A DNA stretch of 60,029 bases from Candidatus Uhrbacteria bacterium CG_4_10_14_3_um_filter_41_21 (GCA_002782865.1 PFJC01000022.1:1-60029), one strand, 5' to 3'. Shown: positions 27,795 to 35,366, counted from the first letter of the stretch. A program made the numbers and translations. The notes: generated from the letters alone by a model not told the origin.

Positions 27795-28002
27795 AGCCCC
27801 ACTCGCGGCGTGCGCCCTTGTGTGCACGCCGACCGATCAATGTGTTTTTCAAAAGAAGAACTTATTGACTGGGTCTAGCTCATTTTTCCGCGGCCTCCAA
27901 AAAAAAGTGCCGCTCAGGCGCTTTAGCAGATAAAATTAGATAGGCCCGACTTTTTAAGCAGTTTTTACTGGTGACATGCCTTTTCAAAAAAAGAGGTAAA
28001 AG

Positions 28003-28344
28003 ATGGAATTACGGGAATTCAACGCCTTGCAAGAGGCGCTGCGAGAAGTAGAAATACTTGTCGCAAGGTGGGCCTGGCACAGAATCAGGCCAAAAATTCC
28101 GTGGACAGAAAGTGGCCGTTATGAAAACGGCGAAGAAGCAGCCGGCGTCTTCTGGGATTTCCAGAAAGATGTTCGAGCAGTAAGCGCGGACGTCCCGCTA
28201 TGGGCGTTTCATACCAGCAACGGCCCGGGTAGGCGGCCGATCAGCGAGCTCGAACACACGCTCGCTGTCACCATTCTTCAGGGCAATGACGAAAATGACG
28301 AAAAGGAAGTAATGAAAATCCTCGATGAGCGTTTTCCGCTCTGA
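28003..28344 (+). CDS. GC-rich cassette 3b: small Trp-rich soluble protein (113 aa), unknown function
   Basis: A GAGG lies 6 nt upstream of the ATG. Intermediate GC. Followed by hairpins and the shared bidirectional terminator. Confidence 0.5.
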   Translation: MELREFNALQEALREVEILVARWAWHRIRPKIPWTESGRYENGEEAAGVFWDFQKDVRAVSADVPLWAFHTSNGPGRRPISELEHTLAVTILQGNDENDEKEVMKILDERFPL

Positions 28345-28388
28345 ACTTCATATCCCCGACTGCACATGCGGCCGGGGTTTACTGCAGA

Positions 28389-28418
28389 CAAAAAAGAGCC
28401 CCGAAAGGGGTCTTTTTT
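28389..28418. terminator. Bidirectional terminator (cassette 3b / rpsT)
   Basis: AAAAAAGAG-CCCC-GAAA-GGGG-TCTTTTTT. Confidence 0.8.
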
Positions 28419-28420
28419 GC

Positions 28421-28690
28421 TTACTTTGCAACTGTCTTGGCCAAAGCCGCTGACATTCTTGAGATTATACGAGCTGATTTGTTTTGCTTGTAAATATTTT
28501 TTACAACTGCTTTGTCCAACTTCTGCTGAAGTTCTGGAATTATTGCCTTTGCTTCGTCAATATTCTTGGCTTCAAGCAATTTTCGGAAATGTCGGCGCAT
28601 TGAGTCAATCTCGGCGCGAACAATCTTATTTGCTTCAAATCGTTTTATACTCTGTCGCAAAGCCTTTTTTGCATGTGCTAATTGTGGCAT
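28421..28690 (-). CDS. rpsT: 30S ribosomal protein S20
   Basis: MPQLAHAKKALRQSIKR.. is typical of S20. Confidence 0.9.
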   Translation of the reverse strand: MPQLAHAKKALRQSIKRFEANKIVRAEIDSMRRHFRKLLEAKNIDEAKAIIPELQQKLDKAVVKNIYKQNKSARIISRMSAALAKTVAK

Positions 28691-28760
28691 AAATTTATGT
28701 CTTTATTATCATGAGCGTGATATTGAGACAACGGAAGTCTATTGTAAATGCGCCATTCTG

Positions 28761-29744
28761 TCAAGAAATGCCAGTCATCTCAGCAATCACCCTATCTACC
28801 GCTACTCTTTCCGTAACAGCACTTCGCTTTAACATAAGATCGAGTTCGTACATTAAATTCTGAAGTTTAATCAATGATTCTAGACTATAATTATTAGCCT
28901 GAGCCATTGTTTTTTGAGCAACAAAAGGATGAATATCAAGCTCAGACGCTATATCCCGGTTGTTTGCCCTTGGATTTGCGTCCAAAGCGTCCCGAACTGA
29001 CAAAATTAATCGTACCTGACGAGCAAGCATTGCAAACAAATGTCCTTCTGAATTTCCAAAATTTCGTTCATTTTCCAAACACCTCAGCGCCAAGTTTGTA
29101 TTACCGGAACCAACCGCGTCCATTAACTCAAAAATCTTTTCCTCTGAATTTGTTCGAACCAGCAAATCAATCATTTTTTCTGAAACCGCTTCGCCATTTG
29201 CATAGGCACTCAATTTATCCAGCTCACCGGACAGTTGCCAAAGATCAGAACCAACCATTGTCACAACTAAATTCAATAAATTTCGATCAATCTGCAATCC
29301 AATCTCTTTGACATACCCCTGCGCCCATTTATTTAATTCCATTCCCGTTAAATCAGCAAACGGGTAAAAATGAACAGTTTCTGATTTCTGAAATTCTTTG
29401 TACAGGGCATGTGCCTCAACTTTTTTTACAGTTAGATATTCAAATAAGATAACAATGGTTGATTCCGGAATGCGCGCTAATGATTCAATCCAAGGCTTAG
29501 CCTCTGGTTTTGTACTAAACTCATCAAGCAAACCTTTAATTACAACCATTCTTTTTTCGCCCAAAAAAGGTGGGCTCTGGATTGCTTGCATTATTTCACC
29601 AAGATCGAATTTTGATTTTGTAGAATTTGGAAACTCAATAAAATTCATTTTCGAAGGATCTAGCGTTTCTATAAATCGCGCCCGCATTGCTTCAAGCTTT
29701 TTTATAGATAAATATGAATTTTGACCGTAGATAAAAATCAGCAT
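28761..29744 (-). CDS. holA: DNA polymerase III delta subunit
   Basis: 327 aa with an N-terminal IYGQNSYL-type start, the helical clamp-loader delta architecture and the right size. Confidence 0.7.
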   Translation of the reverse strand: MLIFIYGQNSYLSIKKLEAMRARFIETLDPSKMNFIEFPNSTKSKFDLGEIMQAIQSPPFLGEKRMVVIKGLLDEFSTKPEAKPWIESLARIPESTIVILFEYLTVKKVEAHALYKEFQKSETVHFYPFADLTGMELNKWAQGYVKEIGLQIDRNLLNLVVTMVGSDLWQLSGELDKLSAYANGEAVSEKMIDLLVRTNSEEKIFELMDAVGSGNTNLALRCLENERNFGNSEGHLFAMLARQVRLILSVRDALDANPRANNRDIASELDIHPFVAQKTMAQANNYSLESLIKLQNLMYELDLMLKRSAVTERVAVDRVIAEMTGIS

Positions 29745-29759
29745 GAGAGTATCTTAGCA

Positions 29760-30377
29760 TCAGCTGTTGGATGTTGGAAGTTGGATGTTGGACAAAAAAT
29801 ATTTTCGATGAATCTGGCATGGGCCGAGTTTTGAGATCTGCGCTAGATGAAGCTCAGTACCATATCCTTTATGTCTATCAAACCCATAATCCGGAAACTC
29901 TTGATGATACTCGCACATAATCTTGTCACGCGTAACTTTAGCAATGATTGAGGCCGCGGCAATTGATTTAATTTTTTGATCACCGCGAATAATTCCGCGC
30001 TGGGGGATTTTGATCTCGGGCAAAGTCCAAGCGTCGACCAAAATATAATCCGCCTCAGAAATTTGCTCAATCGCCCGGCGCATTGCTAAATAATTCGCCG
30101 GCCTAATTCCAATCTCGTCGATTTCCTCATTTGTCGCCATGCCAACAGCCCAAGCCAGGGCGCGAGCGGTAACAAGCGAATACAACCGCTCGCGCCCCAT
30201 AGCGCTTATCTTTTTTGAATCATTCAGGTCGCCAATTCTAGAATTAAGCGGCAACACAACCGCACCGGCTACCACCGGCCCGGCAAGCGCCCCGGCACCG
30301 GCCTCGTCAACACCAACGATCATTCGAAATCCTTTCGATATTAGCTCTCGTTCGTGATTAAAAGTGGGTTTTTTCAT
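29760..30377 (-). CDS. rnhB: Ribonuclease HII
   Basis: Contains GVDEAGAGALAGPVVAGAV, DSKK and DYILVDA motifs. Confidence 0.9.
   Translation of the reverse strand: MKKPTFNHERELISKGFRMIVGVDEAGAGALAGPVVAGAVVLPLNSRIGDLNDSKKISAMGRERLYSLVTARALAWAVGMATNEEIDEIGIRPANYLAMRRAIEQISEADYILVDAWTLPEIKIPQRGIIRGDQKIKSIAAASIIAKVTRDKIMCEYHQEFPDYGFDRHKGYGTELHLAQISKLGPCQIHRKYFLSNIQLPTSNS
29766..29793. repeat. Heptanucleotide tandem repeat (GTTGGAT GTTGGAA GTTGGAT GTTGGAC) inside the rnhB 3' end
   Basis: Four 7-nt units read directly. They encode the non-conserved C-terminal tail SNIQLPTSNS. Confidence 0.85.
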
Positions 30378-30399
30378 AAGAGCATTTTACCATGATTGA

Positions 30400-30428
30400 T
30401 TGACAAATACGCCTATTTATGATATATT
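30400..30428 (+). promoter_or_regulatory. Sigma70-type promoter of GC-rich cassette 4
   Basis: TTGACA (30400-30405), 17-nt spacer, TATATT (30423-30428). Confidence 0.6.
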
Positions 30429-30467
30429 TTCTTGTCGACAGATTAACCATTCGACATAGGAGTCGAA

Positions 30468-31121
30468 ATGTTCGAGCACGCTTCCCCTGCTTTCAATCTT
30501 GTTCGCAGGCACTTCGTTGAGCTCGACCAATTCGGACTCAACGGCATCACTGTCACCTTTGTGTTCACGACCATCTTCGGCCTGCTAGGGTCTTGGGGTC
30601 TGTACAAACAGATCCAGATGGTCAAAAAGCGCGGCGGACAATCCGTGTCTGTGATCTGGAGCATCAGCTTCATGTTCATGTTCGCAAGCTACTACCTGTA
30701 CGGACTCAGCGCCGGCAAACTGGCCATTTTGATGCAGTCATTTCTACGCGTCCCATTCTACCTGATTTTGCTTCCGTTGCTCTACCGCGCAAACGCGGGA
30801 TTCAGCAAAAAGGAATGGACGCTCGTGATCGCCTTGACCACATCGCTCATCGTGTCCTATTGGGACATCGGCAAAGTGTTCCTGGGTCTATCGTGGCTTG
30901 GCGCGATCATCGCTGCCGATCAGCCCTACAAGATCTGGAAAAACCGAACCCGTGGTAGCGTCTCGATAGAACTCATGGCCTCCTTCGAGGCGAGCATCAT
31001 CTTCTGGCTTGCATATGCCTTCGTGACACACGACGGCTATATCAAAGCCTGGGCAGTGGTATACTTCACCGTCTACACGACGACAATTATCTTCTACTAC
31101 CTGCCGAGACACCGCACCTAG
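30468..31121 (+). CDS. GC-rich cassette 4: 7-TM protein with two PQ-loop/SWEET-like repeats (tentative)
   Basis: A GGAG lies 5 nt before the ATG. About seven hydrophobic helices. Two loop motifs follow TM1 and TM5 (YKQIQMVKKRGGQSVSVIW and QPYKIWKNRTRGSVSIELM), like PQ-loop repeats. Confidence 0.5.
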   Translation: MFEHASPAFNLVRRHFVELDQFGLNGITVTFVFTTIFGLLGSWGLYKQIQMVKKRGGQSVSVIWSISFMFMFASYYLYGLSAGKLAILMQSFLRVPFYLILLPLLYRANAGFSKKEWTLVIALTTSLIVSYWDIGKVFLGLSWLGAIIAADQPYKIWKNRTRGSVSIELMASFEASIIFWLAYAFVTHDGYIKAWAVVYFTVYTTTIIFYYLPRHRT

Positions 31122-31136
31122 CCCGCTCGCGAGAAA

Positions 31137-31173
31137 GCGCCCGCCACTTCTCGCTGGCGGGCGCATCTTTTTA
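31137..31173 (+). terminator. GC-rich intrinsic terminator of cassette 4
   Basis: GCGCCCGCCA-CTTCTCGC-TGGCGGGCGC hairpin followed by ATCTTTTT. It is the only hairpin between the polA stop and rnhB. Confidence 0.8.
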
Positions 31174-31184
31174 TTAAAAAAATC

Positions 31185-33800
31185 TTATTCAAAATCATTC
31201 ATCTCTCCCCAATTTTTTCCAACCTCGCAATCAACCACCAACGGCACATCAGCCGTCCAAATGGCTTCCATAATTCTTTTGATTTCAGGAACCACTTTTT
31301 TCAGATCATTTTCAGCAACTTCAAAGACTAATTCATCGTGAACTTGCAAAAGCATTTTCACATCAAGGCCGGATTTTTTAATCCATTCAGCCACTTCGAG
31401 CATAGCCATTTTTACCAAATCAGCCTGTGTCCCTTGAACCGGCATATTCACGGCCATGCGCTCGGCCGAGGCGATTAACATCTGAATTCCGGATTTGATA
31501 TCAGGCAAATACCTGCGCCTGCCAAACAAAGTTTCAACATAGCCGTCGTGATGAGCTTTGGTTTTGGCCTCATCAATATAACTTTGAATCCCCGGATAAA
31601 CATCAAAATAACGCTGAATAAACTCACGCGCTTCTTCTTGAGAAAATCCGGTTGCCTTGGCCAAATTACGCACCCCCATTCCGTACAAAATTCCAAAATT
31701 GATTGCCTTGGCCGCGTAACGCTCTTCTTTGGTAACATCATCCTCTTTTTTACCTAAAATTTCCGCCGCTGTTCGTCGATGAATATCAGCTCCATCTTTA
31801 AATGCCTGCAAAAAAGCTTTGTCTTTGGAAATCACGGCCGCCACTCTAAGCTCAAACTGCGAATAATCAGCCGCAAATAAAACTTTTCCTTTTGGCGCCA
31901 CAAAAGCCTTGCGAATTTCCTGTCCCATTTCCGATCTGGCCGGAATATTTTGCAAATTCGGGTCAGACGATGACAAACGACCGGTGGCGGTTATGGCTTG
32001 ATTAAAAGTAGTGTGAATTCGACCGTCTTCTTTGATCAACTTTGGCAAGGCATCGATATAAGTTGATTTTAGTTTTGAAAACTCACGATATTCGCTAATC
32101 ATTGGAATAACTTTATGCGCATCCCACAATTTTTCCAACTCACTGGCAGCGGTTGAGTAGCCGCTTTTTGTTCTTTTGATTCCCTTGGTCGGCAATTCCA
32201 AATCCTCAAACAAAAGTTGAGCCAATTGCGCCGGTGAATTGATATTGAATTCTTGATCAGCGATTTTGTAAATTTCTTTTGTTAAATTATCCAATTGCTC
32301 ACCAAAAGTTTTTGAAAGATTATGCAAATGTTTTTTATCAACTTCAATGCCATCAAGTTCCATTTGATAAAGAACCGAAATAAGAGGGAACTCAATTTCT
32401 CCCGCCAGCTTTAACGATTTTTCAGCTTCCAACTCTTTTTGCAAGGCTTTGTGTAAACGATAAACAAGCTCTGCTTTGGCAACAGCTGATTTGGGAAGTT
32501 GAGTTCCACTTAAAAAGTCATTGGCACATTCATCAAGATCATAGGCGCGACTGCCGGCTGAGAGTAAATAGGCGGATAATTTAGTATCGAAGGTTGGTAG
32601 GAGGTAGGAGGTAGGAGGTAGGGCGTGAAAAATCTCTTTAAGATCATGACCGATCAAAAGTTTTACTTTAGATAGCAAGGATCGAACTTGCTCGAGCTGT
32701 TTTTCGTCCGGTGATTCCAGAACCGCAGATTTATTTCCGTCAAACAAAACAATTGTTTTGGTCTCGCCTCCAAACAGATCCGGCTGTCCGCGCTCGATGT
32801 AAATAACAAGTTCTTCTTTTCTAAGCTCGGACAAATCCACAACCGATATATTTTTTCCCTTCTTTGACCCATGATCACCATAATCAATGTCACCCATATC
32901 ACCCTTTTTACCCCTTTCACCCCCCCCTTGATACTTTTCCAACAAGCGCTTAAACTCCAAATCCCGATAAGACGCAATCAGCTTTTCAACATTTGGCTCT
33001 TGCACTTTGGCATCACTGATTTTAAAATCCTTTAATTTGACATCCTGCACCACTGTAACCAGTCTTTGCATTTGCGCCACTGTTTTTTCTTGACCTTCAA
33101 GTTTTTTGGCGTAACGCGGAGCAATCTTGCCATCCTTAAGGGCTGACAAAAGATTTTTAATTGATCCAAATTCTTTTAAAAGCTCTGTCGCGCCTTTTTG
33201 ACCGATTCCCTCGATGCCGGGAATATTGTCAGAGCTGTCGCCCATCAAAGCTTTTAAATCAATTAACTGATCTGGCTTTAAGCCATAGCGTTCAACTACA
33301 GCTTTTTCATCATAAACCTTGGTTTCAGATAACCCTTTTACAAACGCAACCACCTCGACATCATCATCAACGAGTTGCAAAGCATCCATATCGCCGGTGA
33401 TAATCATCACTTTTAAATCTGACTTGGGGCCGTACTTTTTGGCCAGCGTTCCGATGACATCGTCAGCTTCAAAACCCTCGGCTGAAATTGAAGGGATGCT
33501 GTGGATATCAAGCAAATCCTGAATCCAACCGATTTGTGCATAAAGCTCGTCTGCCTTTTTTTCCCTATGCGCTTTGTAAGCTTCAAATTCTTTGTGACGA
33601 AAAGTTTTGCCGGGTAAATCCCAGGCTACAGCCATATAGTCGGGCTTAAACTCGTCCCGCATTTTTTCTATCACCATTGCGAAACCATAAACAGCGTTCA
33701 CAACTCGGCCATCTTTGGTGGTGAGTGGTGGAATTGCATGCCAAGCGCGGTGAAGAAGGGCATTTCCATCTAAAACTAGGAATATTTTCTTTGATTTCAT
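31185..33800 (-). CDS. polA: DNA polymerase I
   Basis: 5'-nuclease N-terminus (LVLDGNALLHRAWHA) and polymerase motifs DYSQFELRVAA and QVHDELVFEV. Start set at the ATG at 33800 (MKSKKIF); the tracked 43-aa extension covers a GC-rich leader. Confidence 0.95.
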   Translation of the reverse strand: MKSKKIFLVLDGNALLHRAWHAIPPLTTKDGRVVNAVYGFAMVIEKMRDEFKPDYMAVAWDLPGKTFRHKEFEAYKAHREKKADELYAQIGWIQDLLDIHSIPSISAEGFEADDVIGTLAKKYGPKSDLKVMIITGDMDALQLVDDDVEVVAFVKGLSETKVYDEKAVVERYGLKPDQLIDLKALMGDSSDNIPGIEGIGQKGATELLKEFGSIKNLLSALKDGKIAPRYAKKLEGQEKTVAQMQRLVTVVQDVKLKDFKISDAKVQEPNVEKLIASYRDLEFKRLLEKYQGGGERGKKGDMGDIDYGDHGSKKGKNISVVDLSELRKEELVIYIERGQPDLFGGETKTIVLFDGNKSAVLESPDEKQLEQVRSLLSKVKLLIGHDLKEIFHALPPTSYLLPTFDTKLSAYLLSAGSRAYDLDECANDFLSGTQLPKSAVAKAELVYRLHKALQKELEAEKSLKLAGEIEFPLISVLYQMELDGIEVDKKHLHNLSKTFGEQLDNLTKEIYKIADQEFNINSPAQLAQLLFEDLELPTKGIKRTKSGYSTAASELEKLWDAHKVIPMISEYREFSKLKSTYIDALPKLIKEDGRIHTTFNQAITATGRLSSSDPNLQNIPARSEMGQEIRKAFVAPKGKVLFAADYSQFELRVAAVISKDKAFLQAFKDGADIHRRTAAEILGKKEDDVTKEERYAAKAINFGILYGMGVRNLAKATGFSQEEAREFIQRYFDVYPGIQSYIDEAKTKAHHDGYVETLFGRRRYLPDIKSGIQMLIASAERMAVNMPVQGTQADLVKMAMLEVAEWIKKSGLDVKMLLQVHDELVFEVAENDLKKVVPEIKRIMEAIWTADVPLVVDCEVGKNWGEMNDFE
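32591..32623. repeat. Heptanucleotide tandem repeat (GTAGGAG x3 + GTAGGGC) inside polA
   Basis: Read directly. On the coding strand it encodes LPPTSYLLP. Confidence 0.85.
32868..32930. repeat. GGGTRA-rich dispersed repeat embedded in frame in polA
   Basis: The coding strand reads GGGGGGGTGAAAGGGGTAAAAAGGGTGATATGGGTGAC. It encodes GGERGKKGDMGDIDYGDHG between the 5'-nuclease region and the rest of the protein. Confidence 0.7.
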
Positions 33801-33825
33801 AACTGCATTGTACGATTTTTTGAGC

Positions 33826-33925
33826 AAAAAAAGAAGACGAGCCATCTTGGGGGATCTTCCGGAAGGTCTACCATCTTTTCCCCGGGTTCCACACGCAAGA
33901 CGGTCCGAAGCGCGAGCGCTCCACA
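33826..33925 (-). promoter_or_regulatory. GC-rich structured leader with terminator-like 3' end upstream of polA (candidate attenuator, riboswitch or sRNA)
   Basis: Lies downstream of a TTGCAA-N17-TATAGC promoter (33932-33960, reverse strand). About 100 nt at roughly 58% GC, ending in a hairpin plus T7, 25 nt before the polA ATG. CCGUCUUG can pair with either of two AAGAUGG copies. Confidence 0.45.
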
Positions 33926-33992
33926 ACACTCGCTATATAAATCATATCTAATCTTTGCAAAATTAGCCATATTATCGTGCCTCAAGAAAAGG

Positions 33993-34021
33993 CTTGATTT
34001 TATCTATAAAATAATGTATAT
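33993..34021 (+). promoter_or_regulatory. Promoter of the tRNA-Arg/tRNA-His unit
   Basis: TTGATT, 17-nt spacer, TATATT, ending 23 nt before the tRNA 5' end. Confidence 0.6.
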
Positions 34022-34044
34022 TCCTTCCGCAACTGCCAAAATAA

Positions 34045-34119
34045 GCTCCCGTAGCTTAATGGATAAAGCAGGGCTCTTCTAAGGCCTTGATGGGGGTTCA
34101 ATTCCCTCCGGGAGTACCA
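34045..34119 (+). tRNA. tRNA-Arg (anticodon TCT), CCA encoded
   Basis: Manual cloverleaf: GCTCCCG/CGGGAGT acceptor, loop CT-TCT-AA, T-arm GGGGG-TTCAATT-CCCTC. Confidence 0.85.
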
Positions 34120-34314
34120 GCCTTTGCTCCTTAGGAGCTATAGCCGGAGCACAGCCAATGAAAATTGTGATCATTCAAAATTAGTGAGCAAAGAAATTAG
34201 GATGGGATGCTAGGCAAAAACCGAGCACGATCGAGACGTACTGAAATGTACGGCGAGGACGAGCACAAGTTTTTAACAAAGCAGACCGCTTAATTTCAAA
34301 GCGAACAGATAAAT

Positions 34315-34390
34315 GGCGAGTATCGTCCAACGGCTAGGACAGCGGTTTGTGGTACCGTTAATGAGGGTTCGATTCCCTCTACTCGCCCCA
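34315..34390 (+). tRNA. tRNA-His (anticodon GTG) with encoded G-1 and CCA
   Basis: An extra 5' G precedes the GCGAGTA/TACTCGC acceptor. Loop TT-GTG-GT, T-arm GAGGG-TTCGATT-CCCTC. Confidence 0.9.
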
Positions 34391-34392
34391 GA

Positions 34393-34425
34393 AAAACACC
34401 AACGAATACGCTGGTGTTTTTCGTT
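34393..34425 (+). terminator. Intrinsic terminator after tRNA-His
   Basis: AACACCA..TGGTGTT hairpin followed by TTTCGTTT. Confidence 0.7.
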
Positions 34426-34433
34426 TGTACGAA

Positions 34434-34450
34434 GAACCCTCATTAACGGT
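34434..34450. repeat. 17-nt inverted copy of the tRNA-His variable/T-arm segment
   Basis: GAACCCTCATTAACGGT is the exact reverse complement of tRNA-His positions 34354-34370. Confidence 0.9.
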
Positions 34451-34463
34451 TGAATTGAGATCA

Positions 34464-34490
34464 GATGTGGTCACTAAGCGACCACATTTT
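34464..34490 (+). repeat. 27-bp direct repeat, left copy, flanking GC-rich cassette 5
   Basis: GATGTGGTCACTAAGCGACCACATTTT is identical to 35301-35327. It is itself a hairpin (ATGTGGTC/GACCACAT) plus a T-run. Confidence 0.95.
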
Positions 34491-34511
34491 CTTTTCAAAA
34501 ATAAAATCGGC

Positions 34512-34552
34512 TATAAAAACAACCCGCCGTCGCTCTCGGAGCAATGGCGGGT
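34512..34552 (-). terminator. GC-rich terminator of cassette 5
   Basis: Reverse strand has ACCCGCC..GGCGGGT followed by TGTTTTTA. Confidence 0.6.
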
Positions 34553-34600
34553 GGGGGTGCACCCACGTCAGCAGGAGAACTCACGCAGGTGAGCTATATC

Positions 34601-34861
34601 CTAGCTGTCACGGGTGTGCGAGCTAGACTTCTGTCGCCATTCCTCGTACCTGATCTGCTTGATGGCCTTGTACAATATCAGGCCGAAGGGGGCCACAATG
34701 CTACCGAAGGTCAGCAGGGCGAGGAACCAGTCTGGCGATCCCTGCTGGTACCAATCGACTCCGAAGACCAGGAGCATCAGAACGCCCATTAGCCAAATGA
34801 CGAGACACGCAAGCGCGTCGCCCTGGCCGAAGATGTGAGGCTCGGGAAGTCGAGGCGCCAT
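34601..34861 (-). CDS. GC-rich cassette 5, gene B: small 2-TM membrane protein (86 aa)
   Basis: The ATG shares one nucleotide with the upstream stop (TAATG). A GAGGTG lies 5 nt upstream. TM segments LACLVIWLMGVLMLLVFGV and FLALLTFGSIVAPFGLILY. Confidence 0.55.
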   Translation of the reverse strand: MAPRLPEPHIFGQGDALACLVIWLMGVLMLLVFGVDWYQQGSPDWFLALLTFGSIVAPFGLILYKAIKQIRYEEWRQKSSSHTRDS

Positions 34862-35199
34862 TACTTCACCTCTTGCTGAACCGTCGCCACCTTCTTGTGC
34901 AGGTGAGCAAAGATCTTGTAGAAGAGCCAGCAGATCAGGGCTATCGGGACGGCGAGCAGGAGGGTAGCCATCAGCTCGAAGACACTCGTGCACAGCAGCG
35001 GCGACATCGCGAAGAAGATGAGGCAAAAGACGAAGAGGGCCTTGTTGAAGACCATCAGCGACATGACCTTCTCGGACTGCTCCGGGTATTCACACTGCAG
35101 GTAGTAGCGCATCACGTTCCAGTTGATCAGGTTGTAGATTGTCCCGATGAACAGAGCGGTGGTGCCGATGTAGAGCGTGACGGGCAAGGGCAGGTTCAT
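34861..35199 (-). CDS. GC-rich cassette 5, gene A: small 3-TM membrane protein (112 aa)
   Basis: A GGAGG lies 5 nt upstream of the ATG at 35199 (MNLPLPV). TM segments include LYIGTTALFIGTIY, ALFVFCLIFFAMSPLL and LLLAVPIALICWLFY. Confidence 0.55.
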   Translation of the reverse strand: MNLPLPVTLYIGTTALFIGTIYNLINWNVMRYYLQCEYPEQSEKVMSLMVFNKALFVFCLIFFAMSPLLCTSVFELMATLLLAVPIALICWLFYKIFAHLHKKVATVQQEVK

Positions 35200-35264
35200 G
35201 GATTCCTCCAGAGGTCGGCTGATCCCAGCCGTGGGGTTGCCGATCCGAGTGGAAACGACGCTCA

Positions 35265-35293
35265 AACATAACAGAAATAGGATAATCCGTCAA
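35265..35293 (-). promoter_or_regulatory. Sigma70-type promoter of cassette 5
   Basis: Reverse strand has TTGACG, a 17-nt spacer and TATGTT. Confidence 0.55.
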
Positions 35294-35300
35294 TCGAGCT

Positions 35301-35342
35301 GATGTGGTCACTAAGCGACCACATTTTAAGCGACCACATTTT
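35301..35342 (+). repeat. 27-bp direct repeat, right copy, plus a 15-nt tandem partial copy
   Basis: 35301-35327 is identical to 34464-34490. AAGCGACCACATTTT is then repeated at 35328-35342. Confidence 0.95.
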
Positions 35343-35366
35343 TCGATTTCGTGTATAATTATTTTT

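Noticed and set aside
27336-27852. 163-aa reverse-strand ORF and several 60-65-aa ORFs over cassette 3a
   Set aside because: No RBS is present. The forward frame has GGAGG at the correct spacing and better third-position GC bias. Only moderate confidence remains in the forward call.
33801-33929. 43-aa N-terminal extension of polA, and ORF 33797-33985
   Set aside because: The extension covers a GC-rich leader ending in a T7 terminator-like run. The conserved PolA 5'-nuclease N-terminus begins at MKSKKIFLVLDGNALLHRAWHA.
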